64,000 nucleotides of DNA, taken from contig NC_058368.1 of NCBI RefSeq assembly GCF_018350175.1, positions 221,280,001 through 221,344,000 on the forward strand, in the 5' to 3' direction. Position numbers and translations under genes: made by a program. The notes under the pieces are model-generated. The model ran no database searches. It was not told where the DNA came from and saw only the letters and a list, made by a program, of their open reading frames with translations. This document shows positions 61,561 to 64,000 of this stretch, one piece after another. This DNA comes from Felis catus (lineage: Eukaryota). The stretch's first letter is position 1. Every line of letters starts with the position of its first letter.

Positions 61561-61704
61561 GCTTTTGTCTTAAAAGGTGATATGGAGAAATTGCTTCCAT
61601 AAATGACACTGAGTAGTTGTTTGGCAGGAAGAGTTAATCTAACAAATACTATGCTCTCATATCTAATAAAACAGATGAATATATTTAAATGAATATGATC
61701 TGTA

Positions 61705-61837
61705 GTAATGGAGACGTGCATCCTGGTTTGCCTAGAATAGTCCTGCTTCACACGTATTGTTCCTGTGCAATCATTTATAGCATCCCTTAATTCTCCAAAG
61801 TATCCTTGTTTACATATTAAGTCCCATGACCACCTTA
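61705..61837 (+). mobile_element. MER94-like hAT-Blackjack MITE
   Basis: 'tcctggtttgcctagaatagtcctgcttcacacgtattgttcc...atttatagcatccc...aaagtatcc...atgaccacctta'. Confidence 0.65.
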
Positions 61838-63204
61838 CCTAGAGTACTTCCAGATTATTTAGTAATTTAGTCTATCAATATGCTGGGTAACATGTGACCT
61901 GCCACAAACTTTTTATGAAATAATTCTAATCTATGAACCAAATTATTAACCCTAGAAGGAAATAGTGGTTTGAATTCTTCTGTGATTGTTATAAAATGTT
62001 TATTATAATTTATTTTGGAAAATATGACATTTATCATTTAAAAACTAAAATGGTCTTAAAATATATTAGTTTCTCGATCTCATGTCATCAACATGATGAC
62101 AATACTGACTCTGATCCACAATGCAGGAGATTTGGTGGTGTTGATAATTTACTATGAGGCTTTGATGGGACAGCACACTTATCTGTTACTTAAGTTTATT
62201 GATTGTGTCTAAATTAAATAACTACTTTTATTCGCAATTTTTGATGGCTCACGAAGCTACAATCATTGGACATTTGAGAGTATTTATAAGGTCAACAAAA
62301 TATTTATTTTAAAATATTGAAAATTTTAATAAACATGAATTGGGAACAGAGCATATTTATATCTGAAAAGTGATGATTACAGGATTAATGGAAGAAATTT
62401 AAATAAATATATACCATAGAGATAAAATATTTATTACCAATGTCATGGTCTCTACATTATAGTCAGCAGTAACAACACAAAAGCCAATATGAATTCAAAA
62501 AAAAAACAATCAAAGGACTTTTTAAAAACATTTTAATTAAAAAAATTAATTTATTTAATTACTCCCAAGAGTCTGACCTTTAAAAAAAATGTTGTCTTTG
62601 TACATTTGAGATGTTCCTTTCTCGGTCGGTTGTCTTCCTGTCAATATGACATTTAAATCAAACTTACTGTCTTTCTGTATCTAATTCAAAATATTTTGCC
62701 TTAAAATGTTTGTATACATTAAAAAAATCTCATTTTATTTCTATGTTTTCTTTCCTTCTCAGACAAATACTGGCAAAAGCAGTATACACTTCCTGTCTCT
62801 AAAACCTCAACGACATTCAAATTTTAACACTTATGATCCATGTTAGATTTCAACCCAAAGCTAAAAATTATTCTATGAAGATTAACAGTGAGAGAGTAGA
62901 GAGAGAGAGAGAGAAAGTGGTGTATGTGGTCCTTAAGTAATTAGATTTTCCTAGAGTAACTGTCATTGATGTTAATTTCCTGTGAAAAGTTTCTCTTTTC
63001 CATGTTAGTATAAGCTGTTCATTTTACTCTTACTTTCAAAGTCACTTTTTTTAATTTGCTTTTTTCTGTTATGCATATTATTAAAAAAAAACCTGTGTCA
63101 TGACAGTGCTTTTACTCTTTTATAAGCTATCCAACTTTGAGGATTTCATATATTCCAAGATTTGAACTTCTATGTAGATTTCATCTTTTTAGACCCTCCT
63201 AAAG

Positions 63205-63470
63205 TGAAAATTGCTTTCCCAACTGCTTCCTGACATCTCCATCTGGAGTCCCTGTAAGCAACTTCAATTCAACACACCTGGAATTCAGTGAATGACCCCT
63301 TCTTAGAAAAAAAATGTCTGCTCAATCTACATTAATTACATGTTTTCCCAGTATCCCAGGATAGCACTCTTGGAGTATTCCTTTATGACAACTTTTTTTT
63401 TTATCACACCCTGGTTACTTGATTGCCAACTTATATAAACTCCATTTATGCAATTTCTAGTTGAAATATT
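63205..63470 (+). mobile_element. L2 fragment
   Basis: 'ccaactgcttcctgacatctccatctggagtccctgtaagcaacttcaattcaacaca...ctcttggagtattcctttatgac'. Confidence 0.7.
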
Positions 63471-63517
63471 TCTTTTTTTCTAGTTTCTTGACATAGGGAC
63501 TAATTTGCCTAGTCCTC

Positions 63518-63521
63518 TGTG

Positions 63522-63554
<33 letters not shown>

Positions 63555-63555
63555 A
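63518..63555. repeat. (TG)n microsatellite
   Basis: Seen directly. Confidence 0.95.
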
Positions 63556-64000
63556 TTTTCCCCTGCACTTATACAGTCTAAAAAGCATTTTGTACATTCC
63601 TTTTTTACTTTCTTTTTGCTCTTTATTCATTTTTATTTTCTTGACTATCTAATTGAATTCCCTTTTTTACAAAGTCAACTGTAATCATATGTACATCTAA
63701 AGTTGACAAGATAATTTTTGCACTTTATGAATTCAATTATTTAATTTGAATAAATTATTTTAACATATATGCTTGCATAAACTGAGTAAAACATGTTTCA
63801 GAAGTTAAAAAACCCTATTATTATATAATTAGAGGAGCTGTTCACATCTTGATATTCCACTGTGTTTTGTCACTAGCTAAACTTTAGTTAGCTATTTTGT
63901 AGAAAGTGAATTTCTTCGTCATCTCTTAATGATACTTTCTTCCCCTGGTGCTTAGTCACTTTTGTTTATGCATCCACACTACATATTTGATGACAGTAAA

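Overview
AT-rich, CpG-poor mammalian genomic DNA from a carnivore, almost certainly a felid: several CanSINEs carry cat SINEC_Fc-type diagnostic sequence. It reads as a gene desert or the interior of a very long intron. I recognise no protein-coding gene, and no rRNA, genuine tRNA or CRISPR feature. The supplied ORFs are explained by SINEs, microsatellites, decayed L1/CR1 reading frames or chance. Contents: 28 tRNA-derived CanSINEs (most with visible target-site duplications, TSDs), several L1 copies of different ages, a CR1/L3 fossil, L2 and MIR fragments, MaLR (MLT1) and ERVL (LTR16-like) solo LTRs, DNA-transposon relics (Tigger1a-like, MER20, MER81, MER94) and many microsatellites. Best leads: (1) three L1s that each kept 5' and 3' parts but lost the middle, one with a young TSD-less SINE exactly at the junction and one with ~54 nt of 5'UTR fused to mid-ORF2; (2) a CpG-retaining unique segment at ~44.65-45.35 kb with three perfect TCF/LEF sites and abutting SOX/ETS sites, next to a Tigger relic whose core kept its CpGs around a CTCF-like motif; (3) a motif-dense CNE-like block at ~40.05-40.55 kb; (4) a few unverified candidate exons. 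I found no convincing evidence for a wholly new biological system. Repeat family names come from my recall of consensus sequences and were not checked against Dfam or RepeatMasker. Boundaries of old repeats are approximate.
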